DNA from: Candidatus Micrarchaeia archaeon
GTDB taxonomy: Archaea; Micrarchaeota; Micrarchaeia; Anstonellales; VGKX01
Direction: 5' to 3'
Assembly (NCBI GenBank): GCA_041650395.1
Contig: JBAZLG010000003.1
Location: 310,917-374,916 of the forward strand
DNA length: 64,000 bases
The notes beneath the pieces are model-generated. The model saw only the letters and a program-made list of their open reading frames with translations, had not been told where the DNA came from and ran no database searches. The translations under genes were made by a program, and so were the position numbers. Of the stretch, positions 56,446 to 64,000 are shown in pieces. The first letter of the stretch is position 1, and each line of letters begins with the position of its first letter.

Positions 56446-56805
56446 TTACTGGCCCGAAGGCCTCTGCCCCAAAAAGCCTGTGCGGTTCCGGGCGCACAAA
56501 AGGGAGCCGTTTAGGTTCTGGCAGGTGCCTGTCATGTTGAAGCGCCCTGAATCCGCAGCGCATGAGTCGCCCGCGGATTTTCCATTGCATGCCTGCCCGA
56601 GGGCCTGCTGCATTGCCTGCCTTTGCGAATCGTCGAGGGCTCCTGTCCTGTTGCCTGAAAAGTCCCTGTTTCCGTCAGCCTGCCAATTGGCGCCCTTCTC
56701 GCCCTGGGGCTGGCTCGTGCAGCCCTGCGAGAGCACGATGAAGGCTATGAGGAGCACAAGCAGGAGCACGAGGAATTTCTCGAGGTTCTCGTTCATGTCA
56801 TACAC
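56446..56805 (-). CDS. Small secreted lipoprotein-like protein (119 aa)
   Basis: LVLLIAFIVLSQGCTS signal/lipobox. Six cysteines. Confidence 0.45.
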   Translation of the reverse strand: MYDMNENLEKFLVLLLVLLIAFIVLSQGCTSQPQGEKGANWQADGNRDFSGNRTGALDDSQRQAMQQALGQACNGKSAGDSCAADSGRFNMTGTCQNLNGSLLCARNRTGFLGQRPSGQ

Positions 56806-56902
56806 CCGTGGAGCAGCCCATAATCAAGAAAAGCCAGGGGGAAGGGCATGCGCAGCCGGATAAAAGATTAGGTGATCCATCCCCCTGGCTTAAAAAAATC
56901 CC

Positions 56903-57499
56903 TTACTGCCGGGACTCGCCGCCTTCGGCGGCCGGAGGGGGCATCCTGCCTTCAAATTCCCCGTGGCCAAGCCCCATGCCAATGCCTTCATGAAGCCCGG
57001 GCATTGTAGAGTTCAGCCCAAGCTCCTCGTGCAGTTGCCTCGAGAGCACGGCTATCTGCGAGTACGTGGCAAACGTTGTCTCATTGAGCTTGCCAAACAT
57101 AGGCCCGCCAAAGCCGTATTCCGAGTGCAGAGAGCTTGCGGCCGCATAGTCGCCTGAAAGCACGGCGTTCTGGAATTCCTCCATTGCCGTGGAGTTGAAA
57201 GTCCCGTTCATTGCTTCCCTGCCGCGCATTAAGCCCCTTGTCCCGTTGAAGGATTCGTTGCCCTCGAACCAGCACGCCCTGCCGGACGAGCCGTTTTGGG
57301 CCTGGCAGCCCATCTCAACCTCGCCGCGGGCAAACCCGTGCGGGTCTGTGAAATTCCCTGTGCCGTTGAAGGTCCAGTTGCCATGCGCCATTTCGCCTGG
57401 CATGCGAACGTCGAACCCGCGCCATCCGGAAGCGGCGAATGTCACGCCAACGGAGACCGCAAGCGCCAGCGCGAGCACGGCGATAAACGTCTTGTCCAT
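56903..57499 (-). CDS. Secreted sequon-rich protein (about 198 aa from MDKTFIAV)
   Basis: Signal peptide MDKTFIAVLALALAVSVGVTFAAS. Multiple NxT/S sequons (NWT, NGT, NFT, NGS, NES, NGT, NST...). Confidence 0.5.
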   Translation of the reverse strand: MDKTFIAVLALALAVSVGVTFAASGWRGFDVRMPGEMAHGNWTFNGTGNFTDPHGFARGEVEMGCQAQNGSSGRACWFEGNESFNGTRGLMRGREAMNGTFNSTAMEEFQNAVLSGDYAAASSLHSEYGFGGPMFGKLNETTFATYSQIAVLSRQLHEELGLNSTMPGLHEGIGMGLGHGEFEGRMPPPAAEGGESRQ

Positions 57500-57672
57500 A
57501 TTCCCACCTCTAAAAAGCCGCATCACGCAGCGGCTCAAAGTAATACCAATGTAACCTTAATGTAAGAAAGTTTAAAAGCCTTGCGAAATAGCACTGCCAT
57601 GCGGGAAAAACCCGAAAGGCACGCAAAGCAAAATAAGGCAGAGGGGCAAATGTGATAGAGGAAGCTGGTGCA

Positions 57673-58215
57673 ATGCTCGAACTTGTCCAAAGGATTTTTC
57701 TAATAGCAAAAGCAGACTTCACGGGAAAGTGCGCCCCGGACCTGAAGCTGGAGTCGGTTCTGGGGCTGGACCCTGGCTGGCTCGATTCAAACGGGATAAA
57801 ATGCGTCATTTTCGACGCAGACAATACCCTGTTCCCCCACCACGCCGGCAGGGCAGGCTCGAAAACCCTCGCATTCCTCAAAAGCCTTTCGAGAAAATAC
57901 AGGCTTGGGATTGCAAGCAACGCCCCGAATGAGGCGCGCGTGGCGCAGCTTGAAAATTATTTCAGGGCTAAGGGAGTGAAAATCGCAGTGAGCAGGGGAA
58001 AAGGCAAAAAGCCCCTGCCCGGGCAGTTCGAATACATTGCGAAAAAATTCAGCCTTAAGCCAGCCCAGTGCGCCATGGTAGGCGACAACCTGTTCACGGA
58101 CATAGCAGGCGCAAAACTTGCTGGGATGAAGGCCGTGAAGGTCAGGCCCTATGACCAAAAGTCGGAGCCATGGCACTTTGCATTCATGAGATTTTTAGAG
58201 AAGGCGCTGGAATAA
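57673..58215 (+). CDS. HAD-superfamily phosphatase, subfamily IIIA (YqeG-like)
   Basis: CVIFDADNTLF (DxDxT motif I), GIASNAP, and a Lys in KGKKPLPG. Start chosen at ATG 57673. Confidence 0.7.
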   Translation: MLELVQRIFLIAKADFTGKCAPDLKLESVLGLDPGWLDSNGIKCVIFDADNTLFPHHAGRAGSKTLAFLKSLSRKYRLGIASNAPNEARVAQLENYFRAKGVKIAVSRGKGKKPLPGQFEYIAKKFSLKPAQCAMVGDNLFTDIAGAKLAGMKAVKVRPYDQKSEPWHFAFMRFLEKALE

Positions 58216-58302
58216 GGCATAATAGGATGAGAAAAAGCCTGAAGAAGAAAAATAAAAAAAGGAAAAAAAAGAAAACTTTTTAGAAGAGCGATTTTTTGGA
58301 AA

Positions 58303-58524
58303 TCAGAACTTCTTGTGCTTCGGGAAGCAGTTCCTGCAGTATACAGGCCTGCCTTCTGTCGGCTTGAAAGGCACTTCGCACTCCTGGCCGCAGTCTGAAC
58401 ACACAGCCTTGTGCATTTCCCTGTCGCCGCCGCCGTAGCCGCCTCTGCTGCCGCCACCGTAGCCGCCCCTGCCGCCTCTTCCGCCGCCGTAATTGTCTCT
58501 GTCGTCGAAACTCATTCTTTCCAC
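58303..58524 (-). CDS. Small RGG-repeat zinc-ribbon protein (73 aa)
   Basis: GGGRGGRGGYGGGSRGGYGGG followed by CSDCGQEC...x16...CRNCFP (CxxC-x16-CxxC). Confidence 0.6.
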   Translation of the reverse strand: MERMSFDDRDNYGGGRGGRGGYGGGSRGGYGGGDREMHKAVCSDCGQECEVPFKPTEGRPVYCRNCFPKHKKF

Positions 58525-58670
58525 CTATTTATATTGGACATTAAATGTCCCTGTTAGGATGTAACCTGTGTAATTTATAATAGCCCCCAATGCGGCAAAA
58601 AACGCGTTTTTTGGGAAATTGCGACAATTTTGGGGGAAATTAAGAAGATAAAAGGAAAAAAAAGGAATGG

Positions 58671-58859
58671 CTAATCCCAGAAAATGTCCTCAATCCTGCA
58701 CTTGAACGTCTTTGCAAGCGCAAAGGCGAGTGTCAGGGACGGAAGGTATTTGCCATTCTCGATTGCGACTATAGTCTGCCGTGTGACACCCGTCTTTGTC
58801 GCCAGGTCGTCCTGGGTGAGCCTGTGCCTCGCCCTAAGTTCGCGCAGCTTGTTTTCCAT
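58671..58859 (-). CDS. XRE-family HTH transcriptional regulator (62 aa)
   Basis: LRELRARHRLTQDDLATKTGVTRQTIVAIENGKYLPSLTLAFALAKTF is a classic Cro/C1-type HTH. Confidence 0.75.
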   Translation of the reverse strand: MENKLRELRARHRLTQDDLATKTGVTRQTIVAIENGKYLPSLTLAFALAKTFKCRIEDIFWD

Positions 58860-58881
58860 GGTTGCACCGGTTCAAGACAAT

Positions 58882-59361
58882 TCAGGACTGGCGCTCAAGG
58901 TATATCAGGGTAAAGCCCTTTGCCGCCGCCATCCCAAGCCCCACCACTATGAGTGGAAGCAGGAGGGGCTCTAAAGCTTCCGGCTTTACAGCCAGCGAGA
59001 GGTAGAAGCCGTAAACCACCAGCCCGACAACAGCTACAAATGCGGAGTTCCTCTCGGCAAGCGCCTGGTGCATCTGCTCGCGCTCGTCAAGCCCCGAATA
59101 GACCTGCGTCATTATGTGCAGTACGTCTATCAGGAGGATGCCGATTGCCAGCGCGGAGAGGCCAAGCCTTATGTCAAGAGGCATTGGCAATGCGTTAATC
59201 ACAAGCACAATGGCAACGAACACGAGTATGTACGCAATACCCTGCCATGTGTTGACGCCGAGGCCCCAACCGAATTTTCTAGGAGTAAACCATTTTGGAT
59301 TTCCGAACATGCTGATCACCAAGTATAGTTTATTTGACATAAAGTATATAAAACTATACAT
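58882..59361 (-). CDS. Membrane protein (4 TM) co-transcribed upstream of the XRE regulator
   Basis: Four hydrophobic helices, 23 bp upstream of the XRE gene. This recalls the DUF2178-type membrane protein plus HTH pairing. Confidence 0.55.
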   Translation of the reverse strand: MYSFIYFMSNKLYLVISMFGNPKWFTPRKFGWGLGVNTWQGIAYILVFVAIVLVINALPMPLDIRLGLSALAIGILLIDVLHIMTQVYSGLDEREQMHQALAERNSAFVAVVGLVVYGFYLSLAVKPEALEPLLLPLIVVGLGMAAAKGFTLIYLERQS

Positions 59362-59431
59362 TACACCCGCCCCTCCGGGGCAGAAGGCGAGAACGGTGTT
59401 AGTTTATATAATTTTGTGGCGAAAGAAAATC

Positions 59432-60526
59432 ATGCAAAACGCTCAAATGCTTAGCCCAAGGCAGGCTGTTGTGAGGCAGGTTTCATCAGGCGGAAAAATC
59501 ACTGTGCCGCAGAAGGAGATAGACGCCAAGGTGAAAACACTTCTCGAGATAAGGCCGCTTGTGCGCACCACTGAAGATGAAAAGCTCATCATAGCTTCTG
59601 CCACAAATGCCGCGTTTGTAAGCTATTGGGATAAAATGGGCGGCCTGGCGAACAGGATAATCGACGGCGACACAGCACTCACAGGCAAGCCGGATTTGGA
59701 CATTGGGCAGAGGCGGGAGCTGGTAGCAAGCGCTTTTTCCGACTGGGAGGGTTCCAAAACAAAATTCGAGTGCAAATGCGACAAGAATCAATGTTCCAAA
59801 AGGATTACATTTGAGAAATACCGCACGCTTTCTGATTACAATGGCAAGGAAGGAGTGGACATTGCCGGCGCAGTCGCCATCTCATGCAAAAACGACGGCT
59901 TCCCGGCAAGGATACTCGAAGTAGGCGCCGGCGACTCAAACACTCTCCATGAATTGAAAGGGCAGTTCGGGGACAGGATAGAAACCCACGCGCTCGGCCT
60001 TTTCGAGGAGCCGCATGCCCCGGTGGACGCGCACCACTCGCTAAGCGCGGAGTTTTACCCAGCGGAATTCTCCAAAAAGTTTGACATGATATTCTCGTTT
60101 TATACTATGGGCTATCTCGCCCTCCCGCATCTGGGGCTTAGAAACATAGCGCATTCGCTTTCTGATGGAGGCAAGGCCATTGTGCATTTTGCGCTTGGAG
60201 ACTTGAAGTCGGGCAATGATGAAAAGGGCCTGGCGGGCATGCTTGAAAGCCACCTTAAGGAATACCTCGGCATGATTACCGACGGGAAATCGGTAATAGC
60301 CAATTATTATGGCGAGCTTGTTACAGGGTTCATGCGCCTGGAAAACCTGTCGCCTGGCACTCTATTTGAAAAGGCGAGCAACGTATACAGGGCCGCAGCA
60401 TGGGCATGCGAACTTGGGCTCATTGGCGCATCAACGAGATTCAAGCTCGAGATAAACAGAATCCAAAAGGACAAGTTTGGCGACTACCCAGACATAGTCA
60501 CGATAGAAAGGCGCAAGGAATCCTGA
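59432..60526 (+). CDS. SAM-dependent methyltransferase-domain protein (trimmed to ATG at 59432)
   Basis: Class I MTase motif I-like ILEVGAGDSNTLHEL. The track ORF (59114..) would overlap the membrane-protein gene on the opposite strand, so the internal start is preferred. Confidence 0.5.
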   Translation: MQNAQMLSPRQAVVRQVSSGGKITVPQKEIDAKVKTLLEIRPLVRTTEDEKLIIASATNAAFVSYWDKMGGLANRIIDGDTALTGKPDLDIGQRRELVASAFSDWEGSKTKFECKCDKNQCSKRITFEKYRTLSDYNGKEGVDIAGAVAISCKNDGFPARILEVGAGDSNTLHELKGQFGDRIETHALGLFEEPHAPVDAHHSLSAEFYPAEFSKKFDMIFSFYTMGYLALPHLGLRNIAHSLSDGGKAIVHFALGDLKSGNDEKGLAGMLESHLKEYLGMITDGKSVIANYYGELVTGFMRLENLSPGTLFEKASNVYRAAAWACELGLIGASTRFKLEINRIQKDKFGDYPDIVTIERRKES

Positions 60527-60587
60527 AGAAAAAGCATGTTGGGGGCAAAACGCCCCGCATCTATGCCATCCGTGTTTTCCCTGGCAA

Positions 60588-60875
60588 TCACATGCCAAGG
60601 AATTTCATTGCCCCGAACACGAGGTATGCCGGCCAGAATATTGCCTTAAACACCCCGACCACTCCCATCCAAAGGCTTGTGGCCGTAGTCAGGAAATATA
60701 CCAAAGCGCCAATGAAGCCCAGGATATAAACCGCGCTTGCGCCCCCATGGTTGGATGTAGGCCCTTTGAAGTTCCATCCCTTGTAACAGCCGTCCTTGCT
60801 TTCCTTCTCTATCTTTGCACCGATTGCCTTTCCGATGCTCTCCCATGACTGCTCCTTTGCCGGCGTTTTTTTCAT
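60588..60875 (-). CDS. Small membrane protein (95 aa)
   Basis: Two C-terminal hydrophobic helices. Clean ORF in an otherwise non-coding gap. Confidence 0.4.
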   Translation of the reverse strand: MKKTPAKEQSWESIGKAIGAKIEKESKDGCYKGWNFKGPTSNHGGASAVYILGFIGALVYFLTTATSLWMGVVGVFKAIFWPAYLVFGAMKFLGM

Positions 60876-61011
60876 ATTTTTTCACCACTTGGTATAAGGA
60901 TGGTTCCATTTGTTTATATTTCTTTTTCCGGCAGGGCCAAGCTGCCCGCCCGGGTTGATAAAACCGCATCAGACCGCCCGCTACAACCGATTTTGCCAAG
61001 AATTGCTTTTT

Positions 61012-62592
61012 TCAGTTCCTGCTGTTGAATGCAAATTCTATGAGGCTTGCCCTTATCTCAAGCAGTTGCCTCATTTTCCCGTCAAGGGCAGATGCAACAG
61101 AGAGCAGGTAGCATTCTATTGCATTTTCAAATTGTTTGGCTTTATAGAAGTTTTCCGCAGCTTCCAGATAATACTGCGAGTGCACGCTCTCGCCGCACAG
61201 GGGCACGACATATTGAAGCCACATGCCTGCCTCGCCATGCCTGCCTTCGGCCTCAAGCTCTCTTGAGTAATTAATGCCATTTGAGGCTATTTTGATATTG
61301 CAAATCGCCTTTACTTGCGGGACTTGAGTCAAGTTCTCCGCCTGCGAGTACATTGAAATTATGTCTTCATAGCGGCCTTCTGATTCAAGGTAAGCCTGAA
61401 TGCCAACGAGCATTTTCAATCCAGAATTTGCAAGCTCTTCGGCTTCCTGGCTGCTCATTGCATGGTTTCCTGCCTTCAACAATGAAAACGCGGAATCCAG
61501 GTCATTATTGCTTCTGGCAAAATAGTCCGCCGCCTTGAGGTGGTACGCCTTTTTTATGTCATTCTCAATTGCGGTTTCAGCGCCTGCATTGTACAACTTT
61601 CCAAGCCTTTCAAGCAGCCATTCAAGTGCGGGTGCCGGGCGGTTTTTCACGTATTCAGATTCTGCCTGCTTGAAATTCGACTCTGCCTGTGCCTCGTATT
61701 TGAAAGCTCTGTCCTTGCTGTTTGTGGCAAGGCTCGCGTAATGATAAGCCACACCCGCCTCTTCAGGCTTTTTTGCAAGTGCATAATGCCTGCCAGCCAA
61801 TGCAAAATAGTATTCTTTTTTCTCGCTGTCGTCTGTTGCCAGGCCCGCCTTCATGTATGACTCCGCAGCCAGGCGGTTCTGGACACTGCTTCCATAGCCT
61901 GTCCCCTGGCTGTAATGCTTTCCTGCCAGGGCATTGCATTTCTCAATTGCCGCGGGCTCTTCTGACAATTTCGCCATTTCCTCGTACGCATTGCCGAGAT
62001 AATCGCTGTTTTTGCAATTGCCGCCAATAACTTTTTTGAGAAGGCTTATTTTTTCAATTTTGCCTTCGGTTTTTTCTGCCGCCCGCAAGTACATGAAATA
62101 TGCCAGTTCGTCTCCGTTTTTTTCAAGTATGTCTCCCATCCTGGCAAGGTAACTGGGCGTTTCCTTCCCTTTCCATGCAGCGCAGGAAGTTGCATACTCG
62201 AAACCGTTTAGCATCTTGTTTATGCTGCCTGCGATTATGGCCTCCTCGCCTCCAAGTGCATAGCTCTTTTCCGCCTTTTCAAAATAGTGCGATTTTTTTT
62301 CCGGTTCTGACGCCGTATTTCCGGCATCCTGGTATGCGCGCCCCGCGTCGCGGTAGCATTCCGAGGCATTCAGGTGGTCGTCTGCTTTCAGGTAATAATG
62401 CGCAGCCTTCTGAAAATGATTGGCGCAAGTGTCGTCTTCTTTGGTGCGCCTGCCTTTGATTTCGTGGTATTTCGCCTTTGGGACGTTTAGCAACTTGGAG
62501 AGGAAAACAAGTTCTGCGCCCTTTTGCCTGCCGCTTGCCTTGGCCTCTGCACTTTGGGCCTGGGCTGGCATTTTGCATTCTGCGGGTTTCAT
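61012..62592 (-). CDS. TPR/SNAP-like alpha-solenoid repeat protein (526 aa)
   Basis: Recurrent motifs (KKSHYFEKAEKSYALGG; KKEYYFALAGRHYALAKK; AAHYYLKADDHLNASECY; AAESYMKAGLATDD) with a roughly 35-40 aa period. Confidence 0.55.
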   Translation of the reverse strand: MKPAECKMPAQAQSAEAKASGRQKGAELVFLSKLLNVPKAKYHEIKGRRTKEDDTCANHFQKAAHYYLKADDHLNASECYRDAGRAYQDAGNTASEPEKKSHYFEKAEKSYALGGEEAIIAGSINKMLNGFEYATSCAAWKGKETPSYLARMGDILEKNGDELAYFMYLRAAEKTEGKIEKISLLKKVIGGNCKNSDYLGNAYEEMAKLSEEPAAIEKCNALAGKHYSQGTGYGSSVQNRLAAESYMKAGLATDDSEKKEYYFALAGRHYALAKKPEEAGVAYHYASLATNSKDRAFKYEAQAESNFKQAESEYVKNRPAPALEWLLERLGKLYNAGAETAIENDIKKAYHLKAADYFARSNNDLDSAFSLLKAGNHAMSSQEAEELANSGLKMLVGIQAYLESEGRYEDIISMYSQAENLTQVPQVKAICNIKIASNGINYSRELEAEGRHGEAGMWLQYVVPLCGESVHSQYYLEAAENFYKAKQFENAIECYLLSVASALDGKMRQLLEIRASLIEFAFNSRN

Positions 62593-62755
62593 GCAAATAT
62601 ATGGTAATTAGTGTTTAAAAATGCATTGGTATCGGGCAATACCCCATGCCTTGCACAAGCCAGCCAAATGGGGTTTTACGGCGTTTAATTATGGCGGAAA
62701 TCTTTAAATATGAGCTTTTTGGTAACATTAAAGCGAGCGCATGGAGGCGGGTAAT

Positions 62756-63367
62756 ATGAGAAAACTGGTTGTGCTGACTTTCATAAGCCTTGACGGAGTG
62801 ATGCAGGCGCCTGGCGGACCTGAAGAGGATACCACCGGCGGCTTCAAGTACGGAGGCTGGACTTTCCCCTACTTTGACGATTTTGGGAATAAGGTGATGG
62901 GAAAGCAGATGGGGCATAAATTTGATTTGCTTCTTGGCAGGAAAACCTACGAGATATTTGCAGGCTACTGGCCCAATGCAAAGCCCGAGCAGAAGGCAAT
63001 TGCAGATCCGTTGAACAACGCGAAGAAATACGTTGCATCAAGGACGTTGAAGAAGCTTGAGTGGAAAAATTCCGAGCTTCTCAAAGGCGATGTCGCGCAG
63101 GCAGTCAGGAAAATAAAGGAACAGGACGGGCCTGAAATACAGGTCCATGGCAGTGGCGACCTTATCCAGACGCTTCTGAAAAACGACTTGGTGGACGAGC
63201 TTTGGCTGAAAATATTTCCTGTCACTTTGGGCAGCGGCAAGCGGCTGTTTGCACAAGGCACCATACCTGCGGGTTTCAAGCTAATTGAAAGCTCGGTTTC
63301 CCCAAGCGGGGTGATATTTGCGTCTTACGCACGAGCAGGTGCGGTAAAGACAGGCTCGTTTGCCTAA
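62756..63367 (+). CDS. Dihydrofolate reductase-like protein (RibD C-terminal domain family)
   Basis: MRKLVVLTFISLDGVMQAPGGPEEDTTGGFKYGGWTFPYFD is the characteristic N-terminus of this family. GGAGG lies 8 nt upstream of the ATG at 62756. Confidence 0.75.
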   Translation: MRKLVVLTFISLDGVMQAPGGPEEDTTGGFKYGGWTFPYFDDFGNKVMGKQMGHKFDLLLGRKTYEIFAGYWPNAKPEQKAIADPLNNAKKYVASRTLKKLEWKNSELLKGDVAQAVRKIKEQDGPEIQVHGSGDLIQTLLKNDLVDELWLKIFPVTLGSGKRLFAQGTIPAGFKLIESSVSPSGVIFASYARAGAVKTGSFA

Positions 63368-63500
63368 ATGAACAGGCTTTCACTTTCGGCAAACTTCTCA
63401 AAAAAGAAGGGTTAAAGTGATAAAAGCGGCAACAGCGGAAGGATTTTTCAGCGCATATCCCAAACATGCCCGTGTAGCTAAGGCAAGCAAAAACGCATCT

Positions 63501-63592
63501 ACTTGTCGCAAGCGACAAGTCAGTCGTAATTCTTGCGAATTACTCCTTCTACTTGCCCTGTCGGGCAAGTCTGCAAAAATGTTATTTTTGCA
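63501..63592. promoter_or_regulatory. Cluster of four consecutive perfect inverted repeats (hairpins) in a convergent intergenic region
   Basis: ACTTGTCGC-aa-GCGACAAGT (63501-63520). GTAATTC-ttgc-GAATTAC (63526-63543). ACTTGCCC-tgtc-GGGCAAGT (63551-63570). TGCAAAAAT-gtt-ATTTTTGCA (63572-63592). The first and third share ACTTG...CAAGT ends. Confidence 0.6.
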
Positions 63593-63670
63593 TCAGACCG
63601 TCCGCTAGGCTCTCGTTAGTCTGCCTGAGCGCCACACACAGGTCATTTCCGCGGAAACAGGGCGCCATCT

Positions 63671-63988
63671 TCATTTGAATAGGGCATCCCTCAGCTCTTT
63701 CTTCAACTTCAGAAGGTTCGTCTTCCCGACCTGCTCCTTTACCAAAACGCCGCGCCTGACGAGCTTTTCCACCGTGCGGTGGGTCTTCACTTTGCCAAGC
63801 CCCTCGAGCCGGGAAACGCTCGCCTGCATGGCCTGGCCCCCGCCCTCCAGGATTTTCTCAAGAACCTTGGATTCATCCGCGCCCAACACCGAAAGAAATG
63901 CCTTTTTCCTGTCGATGTGCGGGCCTGGAACGTCTATTTTCTTCTCAAAGTAAAGGTAGGCCGCCATCACTCCGAAAACAAAGCCCAA
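63671..63988 (-). CDS. Membrane-anchored winged-helix transcriptional regulator-like protein (105 aa)
   Basis: N-terminal TM helix (MGFVFGVMAAYLYF). C-terminal wHTH-like region LSVLGADESKVLEKILEGGGQAMQASVSRLEGLGKVKTHRTVEKLVRRGVLVK. Confidence 0.5.
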   Translation of the reverse strand: MGFVFGVMAAYLYFEKKIDVPGPHIDRKKAFLSVLGADESKVLEKILEGGGQAMQASVSRLEGLGKVKTHRTVEKLVRRGVLVKEQVGKTNLLKLKKELRDALFK

Positions 63989-64000
63989 GAGGACGAACGC

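Noticed and set aside
59114-59431. The 5' 318 nt of the 470-aa plus-strand ORF
   Set aside because: It overlaps the minus-strand membrane-protein gene (58882-59361) and encodes junk-like sequence. The in-frame ATG at 59432 gives a compact methyltransferase-domain protein with its own upstream region.
63501-63592. The hairpin cluster read as a mini CRISPR array
   Set aside because: The four palindromes differ in sequence and length. Spacers are 2-7 bp rather than about 30-40 bp, and no cas genes are nearby.

Overview
This is a GC-rich (roughly 60%) archaeal chromosomal segment. The archaeal assignment rests on an archaeal/eukaryotic-type ProRS, RNase P proteins Pop5 and Rpp30, ribosomal protein L15e, RtcB, and leaderless-style promoters with a TATA box about 25 bp upstream of start codons. 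All of it was read by eye from the sequence and ORF track; no searches were run.

Main blocks, in order along the window:
- 1.2-16.7 kb: a three-gene minus-strand operon of secreted, sequon-dense surface proteins (534 aa, 566 aa and a 4050-aa giant). The giant protein has LamG-like jelly-roll domains, BNR/Asp-box repeats, more than 14 beta-sandwich modules carrying DxDxDG motifs, nearly identical 1128-bp internal tandem repeats, C-terminal knottin-like cysteine modules, three TM helices and a Lys/Pro-rich tail.
- 16.9-25.2 kb: housekeeping genes. These are proS, two TPR proteins, a glycogen-debranching enzyme, and an rpl15e-rpp30-pop5 operon.
- 25.2-28.6 kb: a sharply AT-rich island carrying a PstI/BsuBI-like type II restriction-modification pair (gamma-class N6-adenine methyltransferase plus a candidate endonuclease) and a small membrane protein.
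- 28.6-32.5 kb: two unrecognisable proteins. One is a 529-aa internally duplicated cysteine-ladder, beta-solenoid-like protein and the other a 362-aa coiled-coil protein. They are divergent from a tandem-fused Lrp/AsnC regulator.
- 32.6-36.7 kb: rtcB, a ROK glucokinase with an R/G/Q-rich N-terminal extension, and pgi.
- 37.1-44.3 kb: a 2Fe-2S ferredoxin, then two MscS channels flanking two tandem, partly identical cysteine-rich (about 13% Cys) membrane-anchored surface paralogs.
- 44.4-49.3 kb: bacterial-type mutS-mutL and the Mn exporter mntP.
- 50.2-53.6 kb: a hydC-hydB-hydA operon encoding a trimeric [FeFe]-hydrogenase of the NuoE/NuoF/HydA type, with all H-cluster motifs intact.
- 53.7-57.5 kb: an orphan RnfD/NqrB-like membrane protein directly upstream of the hydrogenase, then a flavin-reductase-like protein, a halocyanin-like cupredoxin and lipoproteins.
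- 57.6-64.0 kb: small genes (HAD phosphatase, RGG zinc-ribbon protein, XRE regulator, a methyltransferase-like protein, a TPR/SNAP-like repeat protein, a DHFR-like RibD_C protein). There is also an unusual run of four perfect hairpins at 63.50-63.59 kb.

I did not recognise any rRNA, tRNA, CRISPR array, integrase or transposase.
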